A stretch of 64,000 nucleotides of DNA from Pirellulales bacterium (GTDB taxonomy: Bacteria; Planctomycetota; Planctomycetia; Pirellulales; PALSA-1355), in contig CAVTBU010000005.1 of assembly GCA_963733035.1 (NCBI GenBank), forward strand, positions 1,088,001 to 1,152,000, in the 5' to 3' direction. This document shows, in pieces, positions 62,877 to 64,000 of this stretch (position 1 is the first letter of the stretch; every line of letters starts with the position of its first letter). The notes below the pieces were generated by a model. That model was not told the origin of the DNA. It saw only the letters and a list, made by a program, of their open reading frames with translations, and ran no database searches. The position numbers and the translations under genes are program-made.

Positions 62877-62920
62877 TAGGCCCGGAGGGACTCGAACCCC
62901 CGACCAAGGGATTATGAGTC
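62877..62920 (-). pseudogene. 3' half of a tRNA with CAT anticodon (Ile2 or Met); probable att site
   Basis: GACTCATAATCCCTTGGTCGGGGGTTCGAGTCCCTCCGGGCCTA; no D arm or 5' acceptor strand upstream. Confidence 0.85.
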
Positions 62921-63410
62921 GCCCGGAAGACACAAGAGAAGCCCGCGAAAACGCCAGATTCCGAGCGAGTGGACACAAAAGTGGACACAACGCCGCACGA
63001 TTCCGACTTGGCACGATTGTCGCGGCGTGGCCGAGGTTGCCCGCCCCGATCGGCGTGCCATGCTTGCTCTGATCGCCTAGTTGGGCCTGCGATGTCGCCA
63101 CCGTCCGCAAACCGCCAACGATCAATGATAGAGCCGATGGGGATCACTGCCCATCGGCTCATTGCCTGTTCGCATCCACGCTGCCCAGAGCCGTGGCCGC
63201 TTGGGTGACGAAGGTTGGTGCCGCAATCGCCAAAACGGGCCTTTGCTTAACCAACGGTTATCAGAAAGAGCTCAAGTCCCGTCACTCAGAGGCTTGAGAG
63301 TCGTTCTGAGAAATCGGAAATCCCTGCTCGTCCGAAGAACGTTGCGGCCTCTTAGCGACCTGATAGAATTGACCAATGATGCGCGGCGTCGATCTCGAAC
63401 TGCCAACACT

Positions 63411-64000
63411 ATGGTTCGCTCCCACATGGCATGTCACGTGCGACTTTTGCTGGCCTGGGCCGCCGTGCTCATACTCTCGGCCGAGCAGGCTACCGCGATC
63501 ATCCGCCGTGCCGATCGAGCCGATAGTCGTTACAGGGTGCTGGCCGAGCGATTTCCTGCCGTATGTATGGTCTGCAAAGACGGCGCTCACGGCGGTTCCG
63601 GGACACTCATTGCATCACGGTGGGTCCTTACGGCTGGGCACGTGGTTGATCCATGGGAGATGCAACGCGGAGCGCGCGTGGGTTAGATCAACGGCTACGC
63701 CACAATGGTCGGTGCATTTTGGTACACACGAGTATCGTGTCACGCGCGTGATCGAGTATCCGGGATATTCCAATAAGCGCGGAGGAGTTGATCTTGCGTT
63801 GTTCGAGTTGGACCGACCGGTCGATTCCACGACGCCAGTTCCCATCTATGTTGGCAAGCATGAACTGGGACAGATGGTCACGCTGGTGGGTTTTGGCGGC
63901 TTCGATACGTTTGAGGCAGAACAGTCCGAGCGATTCGCTAACGGTGTCGCCTTCTTGGCATCGCCAACCCGTGAGCGTATCAAGCGAGCGGGAACTAATG
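63411..64000 (+). CDS. Secreted trypsin-like serine protease (truncated at the window end; frameshift at ~63675)
   Basis: Signal peptide, GSGTLIASRWVLTAGH, then DLALFELDRPV, VTLVGFG, KRAGTN in the second frame. Confidence 0.8.

Noticed and set aside
62877..62960. Complete tRNA-Met/Ile2 gene
   Set aside because: No D arm or complementary 5' acceptor strand

Overview
GC-rich bacterial chromosome segment, almost certainly a planctomycete (Pirellulales-like). This call rests on the YTV-type Cys-rich protein, a PVC-type CxxCH heme protein, several PEP-CTERM proteins and a planctomycete-style Flp pilin. Most of the window is housekeeping: rex, rpsB-tsf-pyrH-frr, a beta-oxidation cluster, ispD, tyrS, rdgB, mtaB, clpS, serS, glmM, a phospho-sugar mutase, uvrC and tRNA-Gln. 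Five things stand out. (1) A secreted 773-aa Cys-rich protein built from two different 16-aa repeat arrays of exactly 16 copies each, arranged mirror-wise around a central turn; I predict a ~100-nm disulfide-stitched beta-hairpin. (2) One ORF encoding two complete exosortase substrates in tandem (ASPIC/FG-GAP propeller-PEP-CTERM, a second signal peptide, then vanadium haloperoxidase-PEP-CTERM), next to a TMTC-like glycosyltransferase and two more PEP-CTERM genes. (3) A c-di-GMP-I riboswitch with U instead of C at the ligand-pairing position, upstream of an orphan Flp pilin. (4) A DUF4430 + DUF6580 pair that looks like a minimal B12 uptake module. (5) A tRNA(CAT) 3' fragment marking an island junction at the right end. 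About ten genes, including essential serS and ispD, carry 1-2 nt frameshifts, nearly all at GCGC contexts. These are most likely sequencing errors rather than pseudogenes. All family assignments are from motif recognition by eye; no database search was run.
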